NCBI GenBank assembly: GCA_965199955.1
Contig: CBDATQ010000002.1
Location: forward strand, 96,001-160,000
Direction of reading: 5' to 3'
Source of the DNA: Spirochaetia bacterium
GTDB lineage: Bacteria; Spirochaetota; Spirochaetia; SZUA-6; Bin103
DNA length: 64,000 nucleotides
The translations under genes and the position numbers were made by a program. Of this stretch, positions 28,635 to 37,552 are shown piece by piece. How positions within the stretch are numbered: the stretch's first letter is position 1; each line of letters begins with the position of its first letter. The notes under the pieces are model-generated. The model was not told the origin of the DNA. It worked only from the letters and a program-made list of their open reading frames with translations, and searched no databases.

Positions 28635-29737
28635 GCGTTGGCTCCTGCCTTGATCCGAACGATGTCGAACGCCGTATAGCGGTCCTCGAGCGTGTCCCCC
28701 AACTTCTGGGTTTCCGCCCAGCGGTCCCAGGCGGTCTTCATCCACTCGTGCGGCAGCGCCTCACGCACCGCGGGATCGAGTTGCCAGGCATTGCGCACGT
28801 CCGCCACCGACGGATCGCCGGTGAACGGGCCCGGCCACCGCGACCACCCGATCGCAAGGGTGTTCCGTTCACGCTCGGGGACGGTGTGCACGGTGTGAAT
28901 GGTGGCTCCGTTGCGGACGAGCGCTTCCCCAGGTTTGAGCCGGATCGCGACCTGCCCGGGCAACGGATCCACCCCGTTCCAACTGGGCGTGTGCGGCACA
29001 CCTGCCTCCTTCATCTCGCGTGGAAGGAGCACGTCATGCTCGAACGGTGTGCGCCATCGCCGGTGGCTGCCCGGTATCAACTCGTGGCATTCGTCGTCCA
29101 CCAGCGCCAGGAAGATGCTCACGCCGCTCCGTTCCGTGATCGACTTCTCGTTCGTCTCCTGGATCTCCTTCCAGCGGAATCTCTCGATCGCCTCGGAATA
29201 CGCTGCGGGCCCCTCGCCGCGGACCTCGCGCTGGGCGAAGTAGCTTTCTCCGGTGCCCCACCAGGTCACGTCCCGGTGCCAACTGGGCCCGTTTTCCCGC
29301 ACGCGGGGATTGCACCACAGCAGCATCGGGCTCATCATCATGTCCTCGGGGCCGAGCCCGTCACACCAGGCGGCGACGAAGTCCAGGAACTCCTCGGAAC
29401 CGAGGAATTCGGCAAAGGCGGGCTCCTCGAACGCGGGATGGATGAGGCCCCGGATCGCCCACGGCTCATCGTCGCCGGTGCGGTGCACGTAGCCCTTTGA
29501 GCAGTCGATCTTCCGGTAGCCGTTGGCGGGCGCACACGCCTCGGTGACCCGGCGGCCCGCCTCGCGCAGGATCGGGATCCGGGGGCTGTCGACGAAGTCG
29601 GTGACGATGACAAATCCTTGCTCCCGCAGGTGTTCCAGGCGCTCTGGTGTGGCTCCGGCTGCGGCGAGCTCGGGCTTCGCGTCGGCGAACGCCGTCGCCC
29701 GATAGGTGTCCGTCGCTGGGGATCGGTCTGCATTCAC
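28631..29737 (-). CDS. Phytanoyl-CoA dioxygenase family Fe(II)/2OG oxygenase
   Basis: GTG after AGGAG; EQGFVIV, WHRD, LIPGSHRR, LKPGEALV...IHT. Confidence 0.78.
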   Translation of the reverse strand: MNADRSPATDTYRATAFADAKPELAAAGATPERLEHLREQGFVIVTDFVDSPRIPILREAGRRVTEACAPANGYRKIDCSKGYVHRTGDDEPWAIRGLIHPAFEEPAFAEFLGSEEFLDFVAAWCDGLGPEDMMMSPMLLWCNPRVRENGPSWHRDVTWWGTGESYFAQREVRGEGPAAYSEAIERFRWKEIQETNEKSITERSGVSIFLALVDDECHELIPGSHRRWRTPFEHDVLLPREMKEAGVPHTPSWNGVDPLPGQVAIRLKPGEALVRNGATIHTVHTVPERERNTLAIGWSRWPGPFTGDPSVADVRNAWQLDPAVREALPHEWMKTAWDRWAETQKLGDTLEDRYTAFDIVRIKAGANA

Positions 29738-29769
29738 TATCGTTTCTCCTGTTCCAGGGCCGGAGTCCA

Positions 29770-30159
29770 TTAGCGGAACTCGGCGTCCAGGATGGCTTGT
29801 GCCTCGCCGCCGGGGACGTACAGAAAGTAGAGCTTGACCGGTTCGTCGCCGGTGTTGATGAACTGGTGGAAGGTGCCGGGCGGGGTGTAGACGACGGTGC
29901 CGGGGCCGGTGGGGTACTCGCGGTCGCCGACGATGGCGCGGCCGCGGCCGGCGAAGAACAGCCACACCTCGGCGGCGTCCGGATGGTTGTGACGGGTGCC
30001 CTTGCCGTGCGGCGGCACCTCGGTGATGCCGACCGAGAAGTCCTCCAGGCCGTCCTGCAGCAGCGGGGAGAGCAGCACCTTGACGGTGCGGACGGCCGGC
30101 GCCGGCGTGGTCAGGCCGACGCCCTGGCCGATGTCGGTGACGATCGGTTGCGCGGCCAC
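29770..30159 (-). CDS. Cupin domain protein
   Basis: HNHPDAAEVWLFFAGRG...YTPPGTFHQFINTG. Confidence 0.88.
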   Translation of the reverse strand: MAAQPIVTDIGQGVGLTTPAPAVRTVKVLLSPLLQDGLEDFSVGITEVPPHGKGTRHNHPDAAEVWLFFAGRGRAIVGDREYPTGPGTVVYTPPGTFHQFINTGDEPVKLYFLYVPGGEAQAILDAEFR

Positions 30160-30160
30160 G

Positions 30161-31135
30161 CTACGACGATCCTTCGGACGGGCCGTCGGGGACGGTCACC
30201 TGCGTGAATGCGAAGTTCGGACCCTTGGTGTGGCTGACGCCCAGGCCGGTGCCCCAGTCATGGGGAGGCCCGCCGGCGCGTGCCTCCGCCCACGCCTTCA
30301 GCGGCACGGTGTCCCAGTCGTCGGAGAACCAGTATTGGGAGCTGGGATTGTTGACCGGGTCGCTGCCGAGCGGATGGCTCAGGTTGCCCATCGCCCCCAG
30401 GAGCTGCCGGCGCACCGGTGAGCTCCGCGCGATGAGCTCGGCGTCCTGCTCCAGGTGGCCGCTCGGCCGGACCCAGCGCGGCGTGTAGCTCACGTAGATC
30501 GCCTTGCGCTCGGTCTGCGACAGGTTGGGCGTCACGCTGTGCAGCAGGGTCGGCCGCCACAGCATCACGCTGCCGGCCGGCACCTTCACGGCGACGATGT
30601 CGGCCGGGTCCAGCCAGTCCTCGAAGGTCGCGCGCTGCTTGCGCGACCAGCGGTAGCTGCCGGGCACCACCAGGATGGTGCTGTGGCCCGGCTCGGTGTG
30701 GTCGGAGATGTACCAGCCGACCTTGAAGTCCAGCAGCGGCAGCGTGCCGTCCACGGTGGTCCCGCAGAACTCCTCCTCGTAGTCGAAGTGCCAGCCCAGG
30801 GACAGGATGTCGGGATCGCTTCCGTCCGGCCTGGGCGGGTCGCACTGCGTGACGCTGTCGCGGTTGTGGATGTTCCAGCCGTAGGCGTCGACCACCAGCT
30901 CCAGGATCGCCGGATGGTCCATGAGGTCGAGGAGCTTCGGATGGCGGATCATGCCGTTGCGCAGCGCCACCTTGTCGCCCGGACCCAGGCCGCGCTCCGC
31001 GCGCACCTCGGCGGCGACCTGGTCCATCGCGGCGGTGACGGCGGCCACCTCATCCGTGTCCAGCAGGTTCTCGACGACGAAGTAGCCCTTGCGCTCGAGG
31101 TCGTCCTTCTGCTGGTCGGTCATCGCGATCGCCAT
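30161..31135 (-). CDS. Phytanoyl-CoA dioxygenase family Fe(II)/2OG oxygenase
   Basis: KGYFVVENLL, WHFD, VVPGS, LLHSVTPN...R..IYVSY. Confidence 0.85.
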   Translation of the reverse strand: MAIAMTDQQKDDLERKGYFVVENLLDTDEVAAVTAAMDQVAAEVRAERGLGPGDKVALRNGMIRHPKLLDLMDHPAILELVVDAYGWNIHNRDSVTQCDPPRPDGSDPDILSLGWHFDYEEEFCGTTVDGTLPLLDFKVGWYISDHTEPGHSTILVVPGSYRWSRKQRATFEDWLDPADIVAVKVPAGSVMLWRPTLLHSVTPNLSQTERKAIYVSYTPRWVRPSGHLEQDAELIARSSPVRRQLLGAMGNLSHPLGSDPVNNPSSQYWFSDDWDTVPLKAWAEARAGGPPHDWGTGLGVSHTKGPNFAFTQVTVPDGPSEGSS

Positions 31136-31148
31136 GCGAACCTCCGTG

Positions 31149-32231
31149 TCACCGGGGCAGGACGACCCGCCGCTCGTCGATGTCGGCGACGCTCGTGCAG
31201 CCGCACATCGCCATGGCCTTGTCGAACTCGGACTTGAGAATCTGCAGCATGGTGCGCACGCCGGCCTCGCCGTCGATCGCGAGCCCCCAGAAGACCGGCC
31301 GGCCGACCATCACCGCGCGGGCGCCGAGCGCCAGCGCCTTGAGCACGTCGGTGCCGCGGCGCACGCCGGAGTCCAGGTAGACCTCGGCGCGGTCGCCGAC
31401 CGCGGCGACGATCTCGGGCAGCACCTCGATCGACGCCTGCATGCCGTCGAAGGTGCGCCCGCCGTGGTTGGAGACGACCACGGCGTCGGCGCCGTGATGG
31501 ACGGCGCGCAGCGTGTCCTCGTTCGTCATCACTTCCTTGACGATCAGCGGCAGCCCGGTGAGCCCCTTCAGCCACTCCAGCCGCTTGCCGTCCAGCGGCG
31601 GGTAGGAGACGCCGTCCAGGTTTTCCATCATCTCGGCCAGGTCAGGCCGGTCGGCCAGGTCCGCCCACTTGCCCACGTAGCTCTGGATGGGCGCGTCGTG
31701 GCTGGGGGAGAAGCCGCGCACGTCCGGCTCCCGATCGCCCATGCCGGGACCGGCGATGGTGATGCAGATCGCGTCCACGCCGGCCTCCATGGCGCGGCCG
31801 ATCAGGTACTCGGTGACCTCGTCCGGGTAGTGCTTGATGCCGTACCAGAGCGGGCCGGTGGTCGCCTTGCGCACCTCGGCGACCGTCTTGCCGGCGCCGG
31901 CGCGCAGGGTCATCACCGTCCGGTGAGCGCTGCAGGCGCGCGCGGTGGCCACGTCGCCGTCGGGATGCGCCCACACCTGCGTGCCGGCCGGCGGCACCAT
32001 CACGGGGAAGGAGATGCGGTGGCCGAGCGCGACGGTGGACAGGTCGCGGCTGCTGACGTCGGTCAGCAGGCGGGGGCGGATGGCGATCGCGTCGAATGCC
32101 TCCCGGTTGCGGCGTATGGTGATCTCGTCGCCCACGCCGCCGGCGACCACGTCCCAGTAGTCGGTCGCCAGGCGCTCCTCGGCCAGCCGCTCCAGTTCGT
32201 CCAAGGTGAGCGGATGGTAGAAGCGCTTCAT
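31149..32231 (-). CDS. FMN-dependent alpha-hydroxy acid oxidase/dehydrogenase
   Basis: From MKRFYHPLT; RPRLL.DVS, PLIVKE, VSNHGGR, DSGVRRGTDVLKALALGA. Confidence 0.9.
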   Translation of the reverse strand: MKRFYHPLTLDELERLAEERLATDYWDVVAGGVGDEITIRRNREAFDAIAIRPRLLTDVSSRDLSTVALGHRISFPVMVPPAGTQVWAHPDGDVATARACSAHRTVMTLRAGAGKTVAEVRKATTGPLWYGIKHYPDEVTEYLIGRAMEAGVDAICITIAGPGMGDREPDVRGFSPSHDAPIQSYVGKWADLADRPDLAEMMENLDGVSYPPLDGKRLEWLKGLTGLPLIVKEVMTNEDTLRAVHHGADAVVVSNHGGRTFDGMQASIEVLPEIVAAVGDRAEVYLDSGVRRGTDVLKALALGARAVMVGRPVFWGLAIDGEAGVRTMLQILKSEFDKAMAMCGCTSVADIDERRVVLPR

Positions 32232-32236
32232 GGCGG

Positions 32237-33334
32237 TTACCGCGCCACGACCTGCCGGGTGCCGGTGTCGGAGGCGCGCTCCAGCGCGTCGATCAGGCGG
32301 TGCAGGTCGAGGGCCAGCTCGAAGTCGGGCTCCGCAGGGGTGCCCGAACGGATCGCCTCGGCGTAGTGGCTCCAGATCTGCGCCACGCCGAACGGGCGGT
32401 CGCGTTCGCGGCTGTGCAGCACGCGGGTGAGCCGGTCCGGGACCGGCATCTCGGTCAGCCGATCGTCGCCGCGGCCGCCGACCATGAGCTTCAGGTCGGC
32501 GAAGCGCTCGTCGGCATGGATGGAGGCCGTCTTCTCGCGGCCGTAGATCTCGAACCGGTAGCCGCTGGGGTGCCACGGAACGCTGTGCTCGTAGGCCAGC
32601 ACGGCCGCGCCGGCGGCGGTCGAGCCCTGCATGAACACCGTGTCCGGGGCAGTGGCGTCGATCGTCCTGCCGGTGTCCTGCTCCAGCCACCGCGGCGCCT
32701 GTGTGCGCCACACCCCCGACACCTCGTGGATCGGTCCGAAGCAGTGGTAGACGGGCTCGATCAGGTGGCCGAAGCCGATGGTGCCGTTGTGCGCGCCGTT
32801 CCTGGCATCGGCCCGCCAACTCGCCGGCGACTCCTTGTCGAGCAGGCCGCCGCCGCAGAAGCCGATCTGGATGGCCAGCACCTCGCCGAAGAACCCCTCG
32901 TCGGCCAGCTCCTTGAGCCGGCGGTAGATGGGGGTGTGCCGCCCCTGCAGGCCGATGATCGACGTGCCCGGCGCCGTGCGCGCGGCGGCAGCCATCTCCT
33001 CGGCCTCCGCCAGGTTGGCGCCGAGCGGCCACTCGGTGTAGACGTGCTTGCCGGCCGCCAGCGCCGCCAACGTCGGCTGGTAGTGCCGGGGCGCGCGCAC
33101 CGAGACCACGACCACCTCCACCTCCTCGCAGGCGATGAGCTCGCGGAAGTCGGCGAAGTGGTGGCGGGCGCCGTAGATCCTCGCCGACTCGCGCGCGGTC
33201 TCCTCGCGGGTGGTGCAGACGGCCACCAGCTCCAGCTCCTCCGGCAGAGCCAGGATCGCCGGCAGGTGGCCGCGCTTGGCCCAGCTCTGCGTGGGGTTGG
33301 CGCCGATCACGCCGATGCGCAGCCGGCCGGCCAT
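32237..33334 (-). CDS. Gfo/Idh/MocA family oxidoreductase
   Basis: MAGRLRIGVIGA, HLPAI, AGKHVYTEWPLG, GLQGR. Confidence 0.88.
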   Translation of the reverse strand: MAGRLRIGVIGANPTQSWAKRGHLPAILALPEELELVAVCTTREETARESARIYGARHHFADFRELIACEEVEVVVVSVRAPRHYQPTLAALAAGKHVYTEWPLGANLAEAEEMAAAARTAPGTSIIGLQGRHTPIYRRLKELADEGFFGEVLAIQIGFCGGGLLDKESPASWRADARNGAHNGTIGFGHLIEPVYHCFGPIHEVSGVWRTQAPRWLEQDTGRTIDATAPDTVFMQGSTAAGAAVLAYEHSVPWHPSGYRFEIYGREKTASIHADERFADLKLMVGGRGDDRLTEMPVPDRLTRVLHSRERDRPFGVAQIWSHYAEAIRSGTPAEPDFELALDLHRLIDALERASDTGTRQVVAR

Positions 33335-33987
33335 CAGGCCGCCGCCTCGGCGAGCGCGACGCGGTGCAGGTTCTTGGCGCGCTCGTCGCCGAACCACAGG
33401 TGGCCGCCGGCCCAGGTGAGCCCGTGCGGCTCGGTGCCGTCCGGGGACGGCGCGGCGGCGAGCACCTCGCCCGACTCGGGGTCGATCCGGTGGATGGTGC
33501 GGCTGTCGGTATCGGCGCTCCACAGCTCGCCTTCCCGCCACTCCAGCCCGTGGGGGCGTGTGCCGGGCGATGGGAAGCCGCCGGTGACGCGGCCGTCGGC
33601 TGGCTCGACCCGGTAGAAGCGGTCGGTGACCGGACAGCTCGTCCACAGGCGCGATCCGTCCCAGGTGACGCCGTGGCACTTCGGCGCCGGAGCCGGGATC
33701 GAGCGGAGCACCGCGCCGTCGGCGGGGTCCAGCGCGTACAGCTTCAGGTGGTAGGGGACGGACACCCAGAGCAGGGAGCCGTCCCACGCCAGGCCGGCCG
33801 GGATGCTGTCGACCGGTCGGAAGGACCGCACCGATTCCCCCGTCGCGGGCTCGATGCGCTCGATGACGAAGCTGTCGCAGTCACAGCTCCAGAGGTGCGA
33901 TCCGTCCCACGTCAGCCCGTTGGGGCCGCCGGAGCCGCCGATCGTCAGGGTCCGGGCGATCGTGGCCCGGAGCTGCACCACGCGCAT
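33334..33987 (-). CDS. Beta-propeller protein (glutaminyl cyclase/Vgb-like repeats)
   Basis: Five repeats of P.GL.WDG..LW.......I..IDP..G.V. Confidence 0.75.
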   Translation of the reverse strand: MRVVQLRATIARTLTIGGSGGPNGLTWDGSHLWSCDCDSFVIERIEPATGESVRSFRPVDSIPAGLAWDGSLLWVSVPYHLKLYALDPADGAVLRSIPAPAPKCHGVTWDGSRLWTSCPVTDRFYRVEPADGRVTGGFPSPGTRPHGLEWREGELWSADTDSRTIHRIDPESGEVLAAAPSPDGTEPHGLTWAGGHLWFGDERAKNLHRVALAEAAA

Positions 33988-33994
33988 GGGGCGC

Positions 33995-35200
33995 TCAGCC
34001 GCGCAGGCGTGCGAGCAGGACGCTGCGGAGCTGGCCGGCGACGATCCGTTCCTCGCCTTCAGACAGCACGTGCGGGCCGACGAACACCTCGCGATCGCCC
34101 TCCGATCCCACCAGGATGCGCGGCGAGCCCTTGTCGAGGTCGCAGGCGATCTGTTCGGCGGTGGCCGGGAACTCCTCGCCCAGGGTGATGAACAGCCGCA
34201 CCAACTGGTAGTTGCCGTACGGCACCGGCTCGGCCGAGACGTGCGGGATGTCGGCGAGCTGTTCCTGGATGACCCCCATGCGGCGGTGGTACTCGGCCAG
34301 GCGAGCCTCGTGATCGGTGTTGAACCAGATGTCCAGCGCGACCGCCAGGGCCGCCACCTGCTGCCGGTCCAGCTTCATGCCGCGCCCGAAGGCGTAGCCG
34401 CTGCCGACCGGGACCTCGTCGTTGGCGATGCTGCCGGAGAAATCGAGCTTGCGCAGCGGATCGATGTACTTCCTGCGGCCGGTCACCATGCCGGTCGAGT
34501 GCGAGCTGCCGAAGTACTTGCCGCCGAAGCAGACCATGTCGGCCGCCTGCGCGATCCAGCGGAAATGCTCCAGGGGGTAGATCTGGGCGGCGGCGTCGAC
34601 GATCACCGGCACGTCGTGGCGCCGTCCGATCGCGACCACGTCCTCCAGGGGGAGGTCGCCGGTGCGCGGCGGGAACAGGTAGCCGGCTGGTTGCGAGAAG
34701 GGGTGGGCGATGGCGACGGTGTCCTCGCCGATGGCCGCCTCCAGCTCCTCGGCGGTGCAGCCGTCGTCGCGGCCGACCGGCACCAGCCGGCCGCCGGCGA
34801 AGGTGAAGCAGGGCTGTACCCAGTAGCGGTGCTGCCGCTGGATCAGGACCTGGTCATTCCTGCCGGTGGTGTTGGGCAGGCGCGCCATCTTGACGCCGTC
34901 GTCGCGGGTCATGGCGATCGCGGAGCTCAGGATGATCGCGGCCGCGCAGCCGGAGGTGGGGTGCGCGGTCTCGCAGCCGAGCAGGGCGGCGATGTAGTCG
35001 CCGGTCTTGCTCATGAGGTCGGCCATGTCCGTCCAGCCGCGGCCGGCCTCGTCCATCGCGGCGCGGACCACCGCCGACGGCGAGGAGCCGCCGAACGCGG
35101 TCGAGTTGCTGCGCGCGTTGAGAATCGGCACGACGCCGAGCTTCTGGTAGACGCCGCCCTCGGCGAGGCGCGGCAGGCCGTTGGCACCTGATGCAGACAT
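33995..35200 (-). CDS. SelA-like (DgaE-type) PLP-dependent enzyme
   Basis: LGVVPILNA....T.FGGS, TSGCAAAI, VPVIVDAAA, FGGKYFG (PLP Lys), GRGMKLD. Confidence 0.8.
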   Translation of the reverse strand: MSASGANGLPRLAEGGVYQKLGVVPILNARSNSTAFGGSSPSAVVRAAMDEAGRGWTDMADLMSKTGDYIAALLGCETAHPTSGCAAAIILSSAIAMTRDDGVKMARLPNTTGRNDQVLIQRQHRYWVQPCFTFAGGRLVPVGRDDGCTAEELEAAIGEDTVAIAHPFSQPAGYLFPPRTGDLPLEDVVAIGRRHDVPVIVDAAAQIYPLEHFRWIAQAADMVCFGGKYFGSSHSTGMVTGRRKYIDPLRKLDFSGSIANDEVPVGSGYAFGRGMKLDRQQVAALAVALDIWFNTDHEARLAEYHRRMGVIQEQLADIPHVSAEPVPYGNYQLVRLFITLGEEFPATAEQIACDLDKGSPRILVGSEGDREVFVGPHVLSEGEERIVAGQLRSVLLARLRG

Positions 35201-35307
35201 GACAGCCAGGGTATCCAAGCCCCGTGCGCAGGTCCATCACGCCGCCGGCCCGGCATCGGCGGGAGCCGGTCGCCATGAAGCGGCTCTGCTGGCATCATCG
35301 CCGCGGG

Positions 35308-36282
35308 ATGAAAGCCGCCCACGTCACGGCGCCCGGCCAGGTCTCCGTCGTCGAGGTCCTGGAGCCGCAACCGCAGCCGGACCACGCCGTGATTCGTCCG
35401 CAGATCGTGTCGATCTGCGGCAGCGATCTGAAGGCGGTCTACAACCTGCCGGCGGACGAGTACCCGCTGGTGCCGGGGCGTAGCGGCCACGAGGTGATCG
35501 GCGTCGTAGAGGAGGTCTCCTGCGGCTCCAAAGTGGTGTTCCCGTTCGAGGCCGGCGAGCGGGTGCTGGCCCTGCCGGTTGCGCAGGACGGCATGGCCGA
35601 GCGCTTCCTGGCGCCGGTCGACCGCGTGTTCCGGATCCCGGAGCACCCGATCGAGCAGATGGTGATGGCGCAGCCGCTGGCCACCGTGATCAGCGGCGCG
35701 CAGAAGCTTGCGAACGTGATCGCCGGCGACGTGGTGGTGATCGGCCAGGGCGGCATCGGCCTGATGTTCGACACCCTGTTGCGCCGCATGGGGGCGCGGC
35801 GCGTGGTCGGCGTCGAGCTGATGCCGGCGCGCCGCCAGACAGCGGAGCGCTTCGGCGCCACCCACGTCGTCGACGGCACGGCCGACGACGTGACTGACCG
35901 GATCCGCGACGCGCTCGACGGCGGTCTGGCCGACACCGTGATCGACGCCACGGGGGAGCCCGAGGCGATCAACCTGTGCGCGCGGGTGGTGCGCAGCCGG
36001 GGCGAGATCCTGTTCTTCGGCGGCCTGAAGGAGAGGACGTTCACCTTCGACTTCTTCTCGTTTCACAGCAAGCAGCCGCAGACGCGCTTCTCCGGCGCGG
36101 GCGGCAGGCCGCTGTTCGAGCTTGCGATCAGCCTGATCGCGCGCGGCGACGTCCCCGTGGACGGCATCATCACCCACCGCTATCCGCTGGCCGAGGTCGC
36201 GCAGGCATACGATGCCGCGCACGCCCGCGCCGACGACTGCATCCGAGTGGCGGTCGAGCCTGAATGTGAGGAGTCATCATGA
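35308..36282 (+). CDS. Zinc-binding alcohol dehydrogenase family
   Basis: ICGSD, GHE, GQGGIG, ITHRYPL. Confidence 0.88.
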   Translation: MKAAHVTAPGQVSVVEVLEPQPQPDHAVIRPQIVSICGSDLKAVYNLPADEYPLVPGRSGHEVIGVVEEVSCGSKVVFPFEAGERVLALPVAQDGMAERFLAPVDRVFRIPEHPIEQMVMAQPLATVISGAQKLANVIAGDVVVIGQGGIGLMFDTLLRRMGARRVVGVELMPARRQTAERFGATHVVDGTADDVTDRIRDALDGGLADTVIDATGEPEAINLCARVVRSRGEILFFGGLKERTFTFDFFSFHSKQPQTRFSGAGGRPLFELAISLIARGDVPVDGIITHRYPLAEVAQAYDAAHARADDCIRVAVEPECEESS

Positions 36283-36926
36283 TCGAGATCCCGGTCGCGC
36301 AGCCCAAGAATGGCGTCACGCTGGAGGACTACGGCATCGTCCTGCCTGCCGTGGTACGGGAGCTGATAGCGTACGTGCTGCTGTCGGAGGACGAGATACA
36401 GCGCAGGGTGGACGAGCTTGCCGAAGAGATCGGCAGGATCTATGGGGAAAGGGAGGAACTCATCCTGTTGCCCATCCTGACCGGAGCGGTCTTCCTGGCC
36501 ACCGACATCGGCAGGGCCCTGGCCAAGCGGAGCTCGCTGAACATCAAGTACGACCTGACCAAGGCCTCTTCCTACGAGAGCAAGACGCAGCAGGAGATAC
36601 GGATTCAACTGGAGCCGGTCGGCGTCCGCGGCAAGAGCGTCCTGCTGCTCGATGACGTGCTGGACCGCGGCACCACCATGGCGACGCTACGAGCCAAGCT
36701 GCAGGAATGGGGAGCCAAGGACGTCAGGGCGTGCGTCATGTTCAACAAGCTGCCGAAGGACCCCGACGAGGAGGTGCTGGAAAAGCGCCGCGCGGCCAGT
36801 CCCGAGCTCGTCGGCTTCGAGATCCCCGTGATCGACGGCGAGAGTCCCTGGATCGGCGGCTACGGCCTGGACTCGACCAGCACCTACCACCTGAGACACC
36901 TGCCCTGCCTGGTCGCGATCAAGTAG
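36279..36926 (+). CDS. Hypoxanthine phosphoribosyltransferase-like type I PRTase (divergent)
   Basis: VLLSEDEIQRRVDELA, ASSY, VLLLDDVLDRGTT (PRPP-binding loop), GYGLD, RHLP. Confidence 0.8.
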   Translation: MIEIPVAQPKNGVTLEDYGIVLPAVVRELIAYVLLSEDEIQRRVDELAEEIGRIYGEREELILLPILTGAVFLATDIGRALAKRSSLNIKYDLTKASSYESKTQQEIRIQLEPVGVRGKSVLLLDDVLDRGTTMATLRAKLQEWGAKDVRACVMFNKLPKDPDEEVLEKRRAASPELVGFEIPVIDGESPWIGGYGLDSTSTYHLRHLPCLVAIK

Positions 36927-36964
36927 CGTCAGGTCTGTTGCGGCCGACCACATGACGGATCGAA

Positions 36965-37549
36965 TTACGGGATCCGCGACAACCGATCGAGGCACCGCCG
37001 TAAGCTCTCGCTGCGACTACTCGCTGTCATCGGCGACCACGAGGTCCGGATGTACTCGATCAACCTGCTCGTATATCCCGGTCCTACTCTCGCTCTACTG
37101 CGATCACGTGGAACGACATCTTCGCGCATCCTCCGCGACCTGGAGTGTCGTACCACGCTCACCAAGTGGTCTTTTGGATGGCGAATCGACTCCGGATCGC
37201 TGGTGACTCGCTCCGTGGAGACGGCAAAGTAGCGAGCGAACGAGCTGCGATCGGCGATGAGCCAGGATTCAATCTCGTGTACCGCGATGCGGAACGTCAT
37301 CCCTCGCGAAGGCGTTGCCAGCAACCGTGCACGGAGGTCCGGAGCGCAGTCCGCATCGGTGTCCAGATCTCGCAACACGAACCACGATCCGTGTCGGGCG
37401 GCCGCGTTGTAACCGTCCAACGACCGATCCAACCGTTGCTTGCCGTGTTCCCCGTGTACCGCTACGACTTCAAGCCCGACCTCTTGGCAGATTCGGCGGG
37501 CGAGCGCCGTATCGACGGCACCTTCGGTGGCCACGGAGACCGTGTGCAC
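36965..37549 (-). CDS. DUF4276-like TOPRIM-type protein
   Basis: TEG..D near the N-terminus, RDLD..ADCAP, EIESWLIAD, RSESLRR. Confidence 0.72.
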   Translation of the reverse strand: MHTVSVATEGAVDTALARRICQEVGLEVVAVHGEHGKQRLDRSLDGYNAAARHGSWFVLRDLDTDADCAPDLRARLLATPSRGMTFRIAVHEIESWLIADRSSFARYFAVSTERVTSDPESIRHPKDHLVSVVRHSRSRRMREDVVPRDRSRARVGPGYTSRLIEYIRTSWSPMTASSRSESLRRCLDRLSRIP

Positions 37550-37552
37550 GAC

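Noticed and set aside
33995..35200. True selA / selenocysteine machinery
   Set aside because: No selB, selC or selD nearby; length and context fit the DgaE-like branch.
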